NCBI RefSeq assembly: GCF_009914755.1 | Contig: NC_060941.1 | Source of the DNA: the human T2T-CHM13v2.0 reference genome, Homo sapiens | DNA: 64,000 nucleotides | Direction: 5' to 3' (one strand) | Shown here: positions 45,802 through 60,499 of the stretch, piece after piece | How the letters are laid out: the number at the start of each line of letters is the position of its first letter | Position numbering within the stretch: the first letter of the stretch is position 1 | Made by a program: the position numbers and the translations under genes | The notes under the pieces: generated by a model | Databases searched by the model: none | What the model saw: only the letters and a program-made list of their open reading frames with translations | What the model was told of the DNA's origin: nothing

Positions 45802-48049
45802 TCACTTGCCAAAAACCACACTACTACTAAGAAGAGGCAAAGCTGCAGGCAAATCTGGTCAGGGCTAACCTCAAAGCCCACGCTTAACCACTGCACCACC
45901 CAGCACTTTGCTATCCAACACTGAGTGCTTCAGCCTTGCACTATCCGGGCCCATGCTGGGTGCAAGACAAGGCTGCAAAGGCAGATATTTGTGGGATGTG
46001 CTGCAAGCTTTGATTACCCAGAAGACTCTTGGGAGAGGGAGGGTCAGACATTTTTGTTGCTTCTTACGATTGAATTTTTGGAACACTCTGGTGAGAGTTG
46101 AGTTGAGAATTTGGCACAGAGAGAGCACCCCAAAAATGATGGCTGTGCTGAACCAAATTGTGGCTCTTCCTGGAGTGTGACACTTCCAGCCAGAGGCCCT
46201 CAGGTATGCACAAGAGCAGCAATGCCCCAGACCTCCAAGGACTCAGGACCTAAAGTAGAGCGAGAAGCCCAGATACAGTCTCCCTACGGGAGGGGCACGG
46301 TGAGCTCCAGGCCTCCACATCTGGACAGAGAGCTCTCATCAGCTTGGACGAGCCAGATCAGGTCCCTCTGCACATGACGCCTTTCTCCTTTTCAAGCCAT
46401 TCTATAAACTCCCAGTGCTGTGGCCAACCAAACAGGCAGGGCTGGAGCAAGAACCATGTCCTCCCTTCGAATCAAACATTTCCCACAAACCTTTTTCTCC
46501 CCAAAGTCACTAATAACAATCTTCATGCCCACAGCATCTGCTAACGATTTATTATTACACGGGTAGTATAACATTTTCATACCCACACCATTTTTCATCC
46601 TAGGTGGAGTTAATTGCAAATGACTCCCAAGCAAACAGCATTTCCTCCAGCAATCCATTGCGAACAATGGAGCTCCGATTCCCCCCACCAAATCCTGCCG
46701 CCTTGCCCCAGCTCCCATGACCTTCTCTCATTTATCACCATTGCTCTAAATGAGTCACACACACCAATAGAAAAGGCCCTGAAACTTTCAACTCAGTGGC
46801 TCCTTTCTGCTAAAAGCAGCTCTAAAAGCATGCGGACTTTCTTGAAAATTGAGTTCTAGTTTCTCATCAAATGGAAAAAGAACTTTTCCTTAGGGGCATC
46901 TCTCACCACCTATGTCCATATGACGTATGTGAAGTCGTGATGTCTTGGAGGTGGCTGAGGGGCTTTCAGGTTCATTTGGTTGGTGACAGAATGCTGCCAG
47001 GTGAGAGCAAGGCTGCAGAGAGCAGAGCTTTCCAAATTGCTGCATTTTCTACAACTCTAAGGTAATAAAACTGGAATAGGTAACAATTGATGTTTGTATA
47101 ATTCTACTAAGTGTCAGAGACTCTTCTAAGTCCTATATGTATATTTTACATACATTTAACATATATATTAAACAGCCTCCTCATAACCATTCTGAGGTAA
47201 TTACTATTAGTATTTCCACTTTACAGGTGAGGAAACTGAGGCACGGAGAGATAAGTGACTTGTGACTTGCCCAACATCACAGAGCTGGTAAGTGTTGGAG
47301 TCAAGATGCAAACCCAGGTGATCTCCATCCAGTATGAGCTCTCATCTGCTCTTCTCTCTGGCCTTTTTGTAGTGTGTTAACCTCTTTCCTTTCCTATGTT
47401 GACATAATCGTTTCAAAGACTATACAGAAAAGATGTCAAGTGAAGCAGTGTGAATGAAGACGGTGAGTTTTGTAGAGAGGGCTGACAGAGGGCTGCGCCT
47501 TTCATAGGGTTTTCTACTCCTACCAAGCAATAAGAAGAGCCCCCTCTCCCTCCACCCAGTGGAATCATTTCCCCCAGTTCTGTGTCTATGAGAGAGCAGA
47601 GGGAGAGGACATCCCTGGAACTGGAAGACCTGCATTTGAGGACCAGCGCCCTCTCTTTCCAGCTGTGTGGTGTGAAAGGAATACCAGCCCAGATTCTGGC
47701 ATGGCCTTCCATTAACTAGCTGTGTGCTCTCAGCCATGCTGTTTCTTTCTCTGGACCTAAATTCCTGCATCTTCAGAAGAAGGGTGAGCTGGATGATAGC
47801 CAATGTTACATCTTGCTCTAAGTGAGGCAATTCTAGTTCAGGATACAACAATCATTTCATCTAATGAACCAACTTCAGATCATTTTAGTGGTGGCCACAA
47901 GGTGTACCTTCTGGAGATTAATTCCGAATTCAAGTTCAGGCTCAGAGGAAAAGGTGGCTTGATCTATTTGTGAGTCTACCACAGACTTTGGAGGGGGAAA
48001 AGTGAAAGTTACAACAGACATCTGACATTCTAGTTCCACTGTCCTCACT

Positions 48050-48340
48050 GTTTTATTTATTTATTTTTTGAGACAGGGTCTGGCTCTGTCGCCAAGGCTG
48101 GAGTGCAGTGGCACAATCTCAGCTTACTGCAACCGGGCTCAAGCAATCCTCCTGCCTCAGCCTCCCTAGTAGCTGGGACTACAGGTGCACACCACCACGC
48201 CTGGCTAATTTTTGTATTTTTCATAGAGACAAGGTCTCACTATGTTTCCCAGGCTAGTCTTGAACTCCTGGGCTCAAGAAATCCACCGCCCTCGGCCTCC
48301 CAAAATGCTGGAATTACAGGTGTGAGCCACTGCACTCAGC
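48050..48340 (-). mobile_element. AluJ
   Basis: ggctcaagcaatcctcctgcc and ctcctgggctcaag diagnostics. Confidence 0.85.
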
Positions 48341-49327
48341 GTCCTCACTTTTTACATGAGGAAACCAAGCCCTAGAGAGGTTAAGTGACTTCCGTTAAGC
48401 CTCACGGTGAGGTAATGGTGGAGTTGGGATTAGAAGCCAATTCTGCATATTTACTATGGAATGTCACTGTATGAGGAGTTGGCAGAATAGCTAACAATGA
48501 CCGACATTTATTGAAAAATCACTATATCCTCGCTATGTGTGGTAGACGAAATTATTGTTCATCACTCATTCCTTCCCCCTGAATCTCCAATCCACAGGCA
48601 AATGAGTGAGAAAGTAAGTGCTTGTTGTTGTATGACACTGAGCTTTTGTGGTTGTCATGCAGCAATAGCTGACCGATACAGTAATTGGTATCTGAAGTGG
48701 AATGCTTTCATAACAAAAACCTGAAATACGTGGCACTGGTTTTGAGACTGGGTGGCAGGTGGTGAGGGAAGTGTTGTAGGAGGCTAGTAAAATGGCACTC
48801 ATGTTATGTAATGGCAAAACGTTTGGCAAAGCTGTCACTTGGAATAGTCTGGAAGGTAAAGAATGTGCCTGAAGCATTTGTCACATTGGATGAAAAAAAT
48901 CTGGGGCAGGATGTTGAAAGTATGTGCTGACTACTGCTAATTGCATTAAGCTCAAGGAGGAAGTGGCCGGCTTGCAAGCAGAATTTTAAGGAACTATAAA
49001 GAGGCCAGAAATTGCACGGTGGGAAAACAAAACAATGTCTTACCAAACCGGAGGTGTGGCCACTACGATATAGCCTTGGGAGATAAAATTTAGGGGTTTC
49101 CTCTGTAAGATTTTTGTTGTTTGTTTTGCAGCCAAAGCTGACTGATGGGTACTCTACCAGTCACTTTGCATGCATTATCTCATTTAACCCTTATAATAAT
49201 CCCAGAATGTAGATGTGATTATTTCCATTTCACAGATGCTGAAACTGAGGTGTAGAAAGGTTCTGAAACAGGCCCAAGGTCACACAGCTATGTGAGGCAG
49301 AGCCAGAGTTAGAACTCAGTGGTGGAG

Positions 49328-49702
<375 letters not shown>

Positions 49703-49749
49703 TCATCCTGCAAACGCTGCCGTTCTCCTTACTCTGAATGTGTGTGAGT

Positions 49750-50206
49750 GTGGTAGGCAGAATAATGGACCTCCAAATATGTCCCCATCCCAGTCCCTGG
49801 AAATGACAAAGAGGAATTAAGGTTGCAGATGGAATTAAGGTTGCTAATCATCTGACCTTCAGAAAGGGAGATTATCCTGGATGATCTGGGTGGGCTCAAT
49901 GTAATCACAAGGGTCGTTATAAATAGAAGAGAGAGGATCAGAGAGACCTTTGAACTGCTATGCTGCTGGCCTTGAAGATAGAGGAAGGGGCCATGAGCCA
50001 AAGAATGCACACAGCCTTCAGAAGCTGGAAAAGGCAAGGACACAAATTCTCCCCTAGAGCTTTCAGAAGGAACGCAGGCTTGCTGACACTGTGATTTTAG
50101 CCTCGTAGTCTCATTTTGGAGTTCTGACCTCCAGAACTCTAAGATGACAAATTTGAGTCACGAAGTTTGTGGTAGTTGGTTACAAATAGCAACAGGAAAC
50201 CAATAC
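49750..50206 (+). mobile_element. MLT1D-like MaLR LTR
   Basis: tgtggtaggcagaataatgg...attaaggttgcagatggaattaaggttgctaatca...gacctccagaact...aacaggaaaccaatac. Confidence 0.75.
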
Positions 50207-50218
50207 GAGTATTCCTAA

Positions 50219-50542
<324 letters not shown>

Positions 50543-50749
50543 CAACATGACTTTCTAAGTGTATACCTCTCCATAAAAGTCTACATGTCTTGGGTAAGGG
50601 GAGCCCTTTTGGTGGCGAAATAGGGGTGAAGAAGCCAGCAGATTCCTAGGACGGCTGCAAGCTTCAGCTATTCCTTTATTAGTTGGCCACAACACATACA
50701 GCACTGTAATTGAACTCAGCAAGCATGATATGCCTGAGACCCACAGGTA

Positions 50750-50995
50750 AGTATCTATGTGAGTGAGTGGTATAGCCATCCGTGTTCAGGTACTCACACA
50801 CGTGTGTGAATATTCATACGTGCACCTGTGTGAGTGAACATGTCATCTTTGCTCGTGTGTGTGTAGACAGATGTGTCTATGTATGTGTATGACTATGTGC
50901 AGGCATGTGTGTACATGGGTGCGCATGCATAAGGCACTTGAGAACACATATGTACACCTCTGTGTGTTATGTGTGTTGTGTGCACATGCGTGCAC
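50750..50995. repeat. Degenerate (TG/CA)n purine-pyrimidine tract
   Basis: gtgtgt/gtatgt/gcatgt-rich low-complexity sequence. Confidence 0.7.
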
Positions 50996-52787
50996 CCTGG
51001 ATTCACTTGGGCATTTTGGGCCTGAGATTAGAACCCTCCTAACCCATTTATCTGGCACCTTCCTGAGCCAGGCCCTGGGTAGAGACGTAGCACAGGAGCC
51101 CTTGACAGGAATCATTAATTTGCTCTTTTCTCCCTGGGGCTGGAGTAAAATGAAGCTTGTTTTCCATTTCTACACAATGAGAAGAAGTGTATCGATTTTT
51201 CCTCACTTCTGATTGTTCACATTAGGGGCTTGTTTCTAAATAATTGACACTACGATCATTCGTTTTACTGCACAAACATATTTTACGGGTCACTTTTCCC
51301 TTTGAGCCATAGTCCTGGGTGGACCTGAAACAAGTCCATTTTGTAGACTGGTGTTTCTCTGCATGGAGAACATCCCTCAAAGAGCAGGTTCAGCTGCTCT
51401 GGTGGCCCCCTTGCAATTGTATTTGTTCACACATTAATTTGTCCAAAAGATTGCACTGAGCGCCAGTGCTGTGTGGACAGAATCTAGGCAGTGGGTGTGG
51501 GCTGGGGTAGAGGAGCACTAGTGGGTCCTTGCTTGCTGAAGCAATCAGTCGGGCCTGAAGTGCTAGCCTCAGACGGAAGTGCTTCCTTCCATCCACCTTA
51601 GGAAGCAGTAAGGAAATTCACGGGCTCAAGGAAAAGCAGGAGGAAGAGGGAGGGACAGAGTCAAAGCCCCCAGCTGTCAAGGTCCCCTCTCCTAGCTTTG
51701 CTCATGTCACACTGACTTTTCAAAGGATGCTGCCCAATCATCCATAACCAATCATCCTTATGCTTGAAAAATAGCTTAGCCCCCCTCAGGCTTCTCTGAG
51801 TCCCCAAACTGGAAGGACACCTCCCTCCTCAGTCCATCTCCCCCAGGGTCAGCATCTGAACCTCGTTCCTTACGTTCTGATTTGGGTTTCAACGTGAGTT
51901 CCTTGGGATGTAATTTCTTTGAGGTCAGAAGCCACCCCTTCCTCACCGTCTCTCCAGCTTCCGCAGGGGAGTTTCCAGTGCTGCTACCCATACAGTTGGA
52001 TCACCCTCATTCCCTGGACTTGTGAAATCCCGAGAGAAGGAGCTGGGATGGAAAGTGGTGACCACCACTCCCAGCCCTGCTCTCTGTTTTTCTGGACTTC
52101 TAGTACTGACCCTCCACGCCCACCCTTGGGTTGATGTGGTCTCTCTAAGGTCTTCTCAGTGTGACTCTAGGCTAATTTTCCTTTTTTGAAAGTGGTGCTG
52201 AGAACAGTAATTTCTTTTCTTGTATGGGTGACCCCTTCATGGACAGTTCAGATTTCCAAGCTTTGGTGCCACATCCTGCAACCCAGTGAGGAGGAGAAGG
52301 GAAGGTCCGGGCTGAAAGGCTTACAGCTTCCCACTGCCCCTGCAGGGTAGGCTCCAGTCTGGCTGCCTGTGAGCCCCTGAGCAACTGGGTCAACCTTGTC
52401 TGCTCAGGGGAGGGTTGCTCCTGATTCTTGCAGGAGGCCTCAGCTGGTGCAACAGCAGTGGCAGGTTTTGGGGGGCATCTCCTATCTCTTCATATGGCCC
52501 CAGAGAGAGAGAGACAGAGACTCATGGGACTTTCTTATACAGGCTGAAGCCAGGAATGCTAGTTGCCTCCCTAATATCCATTCTCTTCTTTGTTCTTCAT
52601 AACAGAGCCCCAATTCTATTTCGTGTGGCAATGGGTCTAACTAAAGGACCAAGTGTTCCAGCCTCTCTTCAGCTAGAGGTGACCAACAGGTTGGGAGCAG
52701 AAGTGGTTGGGTAGAGCTTCTGAGAAAGTGCTTTAACAAAGGGCAGGCAATGGTATGTGACTTCTGCCCCCTCTTTTCTCTCCTGTT

Positions 52788-53111
<324 letters not shown>

Positions 53112-53422
53112 TTTTCTCTCCTGTTAGCTTTCTGCCTAGAACACAGACATAATGACTGGAGCCCCAAAAGTCATCAGGAAGTGACCTTGAGGATGAAAGC
53201 CGTGTTCTAAGGGTGATAGAACATAAAGATGGAAGATCCTGGCTTCTATTTACTACAGAATATTTTCTTCTGTTTATCCCAGGGCTTCTTGTATATAAGA
53301 GAGAAAAAAAATTATTGCCATTTTCTGTTACGAGTTTCTTAATGCAACTCCTGATGTATCAGACTGTATAGTTATAGCTGTTACTGAGAATACCCAGGTG
53401 TTCAGGAGCTGGGTGACCCACG

Positions 53423-53474
53423 CACAAGTGATCTACCAGTCTTTTAAAATTCTATTATTAAAACCCAAACATGC
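53423..53474. promoter_or_regulatory. rs2670660-containing upstream segment (A allele at 53449)
   Basis: CACAAGTGATCTACCAGTCTTTTAAA[A]TTCTATTATTAAAACCCAAACATGC matches my recollection of the flank of this NLRP1 autoimmunity SNP. Confidence 0.7.
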
Positions 53475-55769
53475 TCTTTCATTTCCACAGAACACTGGGT
53501 CTAAATTTAGACTGGTGCATCCTGATGCTGCACCAGTCTGCTCTTAATTTAAGGCATACAGGCATCTTGCTAATTTGAGGATAGTTATGTGACTAAGGGA
53601 GAAAGTGGCAGATGTAAGGGGAGCCCAGGCTCCAAAGGGAATTTTCCCAGAGGCTCCTCCAATACAGATATCCAGAGTAAAGTAGCAAACAACACGAGCT
53701 GAAGGTACAACACAGGCTGAAGGTTCCAGGCTCGGCCAAGCAGCCAGGTAGTGCAGCTCAGCAGAGCTCATTCCACTTTGCAGAGGCTGTGTGTGCATGT
53801 ATGCAGGCTGACTGTCAGTATTGGTTTGACTGGATGGGTTATTAAGTTCAATGTTGATTCTGACTGGTCAGTGCCTATGCCTACACTAGTTAACTATTCT
53901 GAATATGACCCCTGCGTAGTACAAGGCTTTTAAAACCTGACAACCTCCTTGCTTGATGATGGACTACTTCATCTCCAGGTCCACCCAAGGACTGTGGAAT
54001 GCACTGGAGTTCAACCTGTATATTCAAACAATAAATGATTAATTCTACACATGTGCAACTCTGTAATATTGAAAGAGGAGGTCAGTGAGTGTGCATATTA
54101 AAGGACAACAGAGGCCTTTCCTCTAAGTGGACCATCCTCAAACTCTTTTTGTTGTTTTCTTCAATTCTCTATCTGGTTGTCTTTTGATCAGTACAGACAT
54201 ACCTTGAAGGGGAATTAATCATATTCCAGCTGCACAGCCACCTTTTTCTGTGTGTCAAAAATGACAAGCTCTTTACTTTCAAACATAGCCACCATTAGAT
54301 GCTGTTGTGTTCTTCAAGCAGTGTTCCGCCTTCTGAAATAGATTCCCACTCAGCACGGGCAAGTGCCAGCTCCTGGGCCTTTGCCAGTCTGCTCCCTCCC
54401 TTAGCAGTTAACCTGGAGGTGCTCAGCCTACCAGGGGCATGGGATGGCTCCCACTACTTGCGGTTGTAATTCTTCACCTCACTGTCATGGTGCCTAGCTT
54501 CCTGGGAGCTCAGGACATTATTCCCTCCCTAAGCCCTTTGGGAAGGTTGCTCAGGGATCTAACCAAGGGTGAGTTCAGGCCCCCTTACCACTGCCTATTC
54601 CCTAAAGTGGTTTTGGGGCCTGGGTCCTTAGGCGTCCTTTTACTAGTTCATCTTGGGTGGAAGTGGAAGTTTCCATCCTTTCTAATACTGAGCTGTGCTG
54701 CTCATCCCTTCTGCTCCACCCTGGTCTTACAGATCCTATTCCCTTCACCCCACCCCAGAGGAGGAATGCAATTCAAGGTCATATGATAATGAGGAGACCT
54801 TGGGAATTTTCTTCAAGAGGTAGCAGAGATTGGAGACCTGTCTATGTCCATGAGAGTTTAAAGATATTCCTGGAGGACTTCCTATTCAAGATGCTGCACT
54901 GAGCACATTATATTCCCTCCTTCCACTAAAATGACAGTAAAGGATACAATAGTATAGTCCTCTAACAAGGTAGACAATGGGGAGGGGCAGTGAATGAGGC
55001 ATTTTAACAGATTTCCAGAAGGGAGGAAGTATATGAAGAAATGCTGGTTGGAAAGCAGAGTGGAGAAACTCCCAGCTTGGAATACATGCAAAGGGGACAT
55101 GCCTAGTGGAGCCCAGAGAATGCCACAGACGTAGAGATGACAGGTACTTTAGGATGGCCTAGAACGAGAGAATGAGGCTGAAAACAGGAAGAATAATCGA
55201 AGATGTGTACAAAAACAGTTGACCGTCACAACCCTCACTCTCTTTCCCAAAATGCAGACTAGATGACAGTCCAGAATTTACCCCTAGGACAAAACAGAAT
55301 GATTATTTCTTAAGAAATTCCATAAATGTCCGGGAAGAATTTGGGCAGTGAGCGTGAGTTGGGGTCTGAGAGTAACGTCCTCTGCCTTCTGGCATTTGAG
55401 GGGGGAAAGTTTTGTGTGATTTTGACTTTCTGATCATTCATGTGGCATGAAGCCACCAGTGGCCAGTCCTGCCCTTGGATAGAGAGCTCCTGGTCAGAAC
55501 AGTTCATTTATAAACATGAATGAATGGCCATGGATCCCCGAACATTTGAGGAGAATCTGAATTAATCAAGAGACAAAGTAAGGTAAATGGGACATTGGTT
55601 GCAGAAGAAACAGGATGATAGGGAACAGAACTTCCAAAAAAACTCCTGTCTCTAAAGCATTCACCCTGTCCCTGAACATATCAGACTTCCTAAGTGGTCC
55701 TGCTGAAGGTCCTCACGCTTGGCTCAAAGTGGAAAATTTAAACATCTTGGTTTGGCATCTTACTAAATC

Positions 55770-55990
55770 TATGCTGTAATGTCCCAAATGGTAGCCATTA
55801 GCCACTTGTGCCTATTTAAATGTAAATTTAAATTAATTAAAATGAAGCAACAAATTTAGTTCCTCAGTTGCATTAGCCACTCACGTGCTATTTCAAGTAT
55901 TCAATAGCTGCATGTGGCTAGTTTCTACTATATTGGACAGTGCAGATACAGAAGTTTACATCACCAAAGAAAATTCTATTGGACAGTGTT
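55770..55990. mobile_element. MER3 (hAT-Charlie DNA transposon)
   Basis: ggtagccattagccacttgtg...AT-rich core...catgtggctag...attggacagtg internal palindromic structure. Confidence 0.75.
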
Positions 55991-56084
55991 GATCTATGGC
56001 AATAGGTTACAGCCGAAACTTGCATTTTATCATCATTACATAGATTTATACACATATACACACATCAATCACTTCCTCTTTTAC

Positions 56085-56615
56085 AAATTATTTGTTTTTA
56101 TATATTTTTAAATCGAAGCATAATTTATATATAGTAAAATGCACAAATCTTAAGTGTACAGGTCGATGAATTTTTAATATGTATATACCAGCGTGACTAC
56201 CAGTCAAATTAATATATGGAATATTTCCATCACTTCAGGATACTCCCTCGTACTCCTTTCAGCCAGTATTTTGTCTCACCCTCTCCCATCATCCCCGGGG
56301 TAACCATGCTCTGAAATCTATCACCATAGATTAGTTTTGTCTGTCCTTGAATTCATAAATGAGGTCATACAGTATATATCTTTTGCATCTAGTTCTTTCC
56401 CTCAGCATAATGCTTTTGAGATTCATTCATGGTGTGCATACACTGTGCATGTGGTGTTTGCACTATTTTGTTGCTGAGTCATGTTCCATTGTATAAATAT
56501 ACCACAATTTGTTTATCCATTCACCTGTTGATGGACATTTGGGTTGTCTCCAGTTTTTGCCTATAATAAATAAAGATGCTATGAACATTTGTTTTTAAGT
56601 TTTTTTTTTTTTTTA
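56085..56615 (-). mobile_element. Old L1M (L1MB-like) 3' end
   Basis: taaaatgcacaaatcttaagtgtaca...tttatccattcacctgttgatggacatttgggttg. Confidence 0.7.
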
Positions 56616-57012
56616 GGTTTCCATGCAAGATCATGGGCTTCACAAAAGCAAGCCAGGGGAGGACTTTGGGTCCCTGGAAGTCCTTGGGAATGAAAAGTGT
56701 GTCGCTGGACGCCAGGGACGGGAAATAAAAAATGAAGGGTCTACTGTTTACTTGTCTCTTATGCCCTCTGGTTCGTGACCAACCCTCCTTTGAGGGTCCC
56801 ACACAATTTAGAAGACTACACGTTCGATTTCAGGTGTTGTCTTGTCAGAGTCTTCTCGCTGAAACCCACTCTAGGTAACAGGGAAGAAGGGCTGCAGAAG
56901 CAGCATTTTTTTTTTTTTCTGTGTGGGTGAAGTCACCTGCCTTCCTGGCCCCTCTCCCTGATGACGCTCGCCATGATGGCAGCCGCAGGGCACGCTCCCA
57001 GACTCCAGGTGC

Positions 57013-57382
57013 TTATTAGTCTGTTCTCACACTGCTATAAAGAACTGCCCGATACTGGGTAATTTATAAAGGAAGGAGGTTTAATTGACTCACAGTTCAG
57101 CATGGCTGAGGAGACCTCAGGAAGCTGACAATCACGGCAGGAGTGGAAGCAGACACGTCCTTCAAATGGCGGCAGGAGAGAAGAAGTGCTGAGTAACGGG
57201 GAAGCCCCTTATAAAACCATCAGATCTCGTGGGAACTCACTCACTATCGCGAGACATGTGACGGTATGGGGAAAACCAACCCCCGTGACTCAATTATCTC
57301 CACCTGGTCCTGCCCTTGACACGTAGGTATTATTACAATTCAAGGTGAAATTTAAGTGGGGACACAGAACCGAACATTTTCA
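57013..57382 (-). mobile_element. THE1D-like MaLR solo LTR, same orientation as NLRP1
   Basis: tattagtctgttctcacactgctataaagaactgcccg...ccccttataaaaccatcagatctcgtg...gggacaca matches the THE1D reverse complement. Confidence 0.85.
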
Positions 57383-58314
57383 GGGTGGTTTCCAGAGTCT
57401 TCCCAGACTCAACTTCCTGCTGCTCAGCCTGGGGGCTCTGACGATGCCACCCACCCCATGACCCCGAACTTCATCTGCACGGCCCCTGCCCTAGATTAGG
57501 CCTTGTCCTTTCTCATCCGACCCGTGCATCAGCCTTCTTGATGGTCCAGCAGGCAGGGTACGGTGATCTTTCTAAGACACAAGTCTGACCCTGCCCCTTT
57601 CTTCATTAAAATACTTCAGTGGCTCCCCATTGCCCACAGGATAAATCTAAGCTCCTCATCATGGCCTAGAAAGTCTCCTGTGCCCTGGCCCACAGTCTCC
57701 TCATCAGGGCCCTTTCATGTGATTTTCCCACGTCCACCCCTGACTCCAGCTAGTGCAGGGGGCTGTCATAGCTCTTTGCCTCAGGTCTGGGGCAAACAAA
57801 GGAGGCCGTTACTATAGGTGTCAAAAACTTATAACCAAAATTTTAAATCAATATTTAAAAAAATCAAAATGAGTGCCAAAAACCCACAACTAACGTAATA
57901 TCAGAATTTCACGTAAAGACAGGCTCTGACAGTGCTGTGCAGTGTTATTTGGAGCCTGAGGCAAGGGGAAAAGGTGCATCCTAACAAATGTGTTTTTATG
58001 TATTTTTAAAGGGTTAATTTAAGTATTGCAAAACAGAAAAGTAGACGTATCAACACTCACAACGTTATTTTAAGTTTAAATATTTTATTTTTACCCAGAC
58101 CAGAATTTATTATAATTTCATGTTCCTGGCTTTAGTAGAAGCAAGTGCATCAGTCATATTTTCAAAATCTAGTTTTGGGAAAGGGCAGACTTTGAGTCTA
58201 GCTTCACTATGGGTTCACATGGTGCTGATGCAATCGTGTCCTCTTTACATGGGGTACCACTTCTCCTGTCTAGGTGGTGTAGGGTGCTGGTGAAGAAGAA
58301 GATCTTAAAACTGG

Positions 58315-58633
58315 ACCAGGCAGGGCACGGTGGCTCACACCTATAACCCCAACACTTGGGGGGTTGAGGTGGGCAGATCATTTGAGGCCAGGAGTTTGAG
58401 ACCAGACTGGGCAATGTAGTAAAACACTGTCTCTACAAAAAATACAAAAATTAGCTGGGTGTGGTGGTGTGCACCTGTAGCTCCAGCTACTCAGGAGGCT
58501 GAGATGGGAGAATCATCTGAGTCTGGAAGGTGGAGGCTGCAGTGAGCCATAATCATACAACTGCACCCCAGCCTGGGTGACAGAGCAAGACCCTGTCTCA
58601 AAACATACACACAAACAACAAATGACAAACAAA
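58315..58633 (+). mobile_element. AluJ
   Basis: Diverged Alu with CA-rich tail, followed by MIR-like sequence. Confidence 0.85.
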
Positions 58634-59634
58634 ACCGGGCTACCTCGGTTCTAATCCTGGTACCATTATTCAGCTGCTATGTGATTCAGGGCAAATTATT
58701 TAACTTCTCCCTCTGCATCTCAGTTTCTTCACTGGTGGAAAAGATATAACAGAAGCTCCCTATTAGGGTGGTCGTGAAGAGCAAATGAGATAGTTCTTGT
58801 AAAGAACTTAGACAAATGTGAGGTCCAGAATAAGTTCTCAAAACAATAAAAAAAATCCCTAGATACAGTCTTACTCATCCTTCAAGACCCAGCTTAAGCC
58901 TGAGGAGCTGCCTCTAACTATTCTAGGAAGTCAGCATTTCCCCTTTTCCTGGGCTCCCTCGACCCTGGAGCTTCCCCTGGCATCTCCCTGACCACATGGC
59001 ATAGTCCTCCTGTGTTTATCATCTGTCTCATCCACTGATTGCGAGCAGCCCCAAGGCAGTAACCACAGGACATCTTCTGCAAAACCAGGGCTGAACTTGC
59101 TACGCCAGCCGGGGTTTCCAGACCATGCTTGGTGCTCAGCTCTGGTCTTGCTCTGCTGAGAATAGAGAAGATAAGGTTTCTGCCAGAAAGGGCACAGTCT
59201 GGGGGAAGAGTTGACTGTCATGAAGACTGGTGACCCAAAATTACAAGTGAGTTTGAACTTCAGTCCCCCGCTGGCTGGGAGAGGAGAAACTAAGGGTCAG
59301 GAAGGCTCGGAGTGTTCTAGAGGGAAGGTCCAGCCCTGCCATGGTGCAAAGGCCATTGGTGTTTTTTGACTCTGTAGAACAAGTCATGCTAAGGAGTCCT
59401 GAGCCTCTGAGAGTGAACCCTGGCATCTGCACAACACCTCAGGCCATATGTGGGGACTGATGGGATGGGGCTAGTCACCCACATTATGGGTATTCTCATA
59501 TCATAAAAGAAGAGGGTGTTCACTGCTTCTATGTCAAGGTTTCCCACAACCTCATCTGAGGAAGCTACCACACAACTGGTTCTGCTTCTAGCATCTATTC
59601 TAGGACCCAGCGGCTGCCTCTCCTCTTCCTCCCC

Positions 59635-60090
59635 TGTATCAGTCAGATTCCAACAGAGAGACAAAACGTCAGGATTCACAGGCATACAGATGTGCATGTG
59701 TATATGTATATGTATATGTAGATACATATGTCATATGTATATGTATGTGCATATGTGTGCTTCTATGGAATTGGTTTATGCATTTTGGGGGATGGGGGCT
59801 AGGCTGGCCATCAGGAAGGGTAGCTGGAACTCTCAGGCAGAACAGAAGCTTCTGTCCACAGGTAGAATTTCTTCTTCTTCAGGGAAGCATCAGTTCTGCT
59901 CTTACGGCTTTTGCCTGATTGAATCAGTTCCTCCCAGAGTATCCAGGATACTGTACTTTACTTAAAGTCAACTGATTATAAACGTTAAGTATATCTACAA
60001 AATACCCTCATAGCAACATCTAGATTAGTGTTGATGGAATAACTGGGGGCTGTGCCCTAGCCAAATTGGCACATGAAACTGACCGTCACA
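59635..60090 (-). mobile_element. MLT2-like ERVL LTR with internal (TA/TG)n
   Basis: tgtatcagtcag...tacttaaagtcaactgatt...ctagccaaattggcacatgaaactgaccgtcaca. Confidence 0.75.
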
Positions 60091-60499
60091 TTCCCCAAAT
60101 TCACTTCTTGGATCTATGGAGGAAGAAGAAACCAACTTAGTCTCTTTGTGCGTATGTAAAGCAAGAAGCAAGAGGAAAAAGGGATTCCCATGGGTTGGAA
60201 CCCATATCTCTGATCAAAATGGCTTACTGTTGGAGGAGGTGACTACTGACTCCCCTCAATAGCTCGAGCAGAGACCACACTCCTGCTAAACCAGTGTCAG
60301 CATCCTCAGTCTCCACAAGAACAAGTGTCTCCTTCAGGTGGTGGGAAAAGGTTAGGTGGGGCAAAAATGAGAGAAAGCATCCATTTCCTGGGCACCAAGC
60401 ACTGACAGAGAACAGATTCTAAAGAAACCTCCCCCCCAGAGCTTGTCCAGTGAGTGAGATATCCTTCTAACACTCACATGTGGGAGCTATCATGTCACC

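Noticed and set aside
57760-58310. AT-rich segment resembling a DNA transposon fossil
   Set aside because: Could not identify terminal repeats or a family with confidence.
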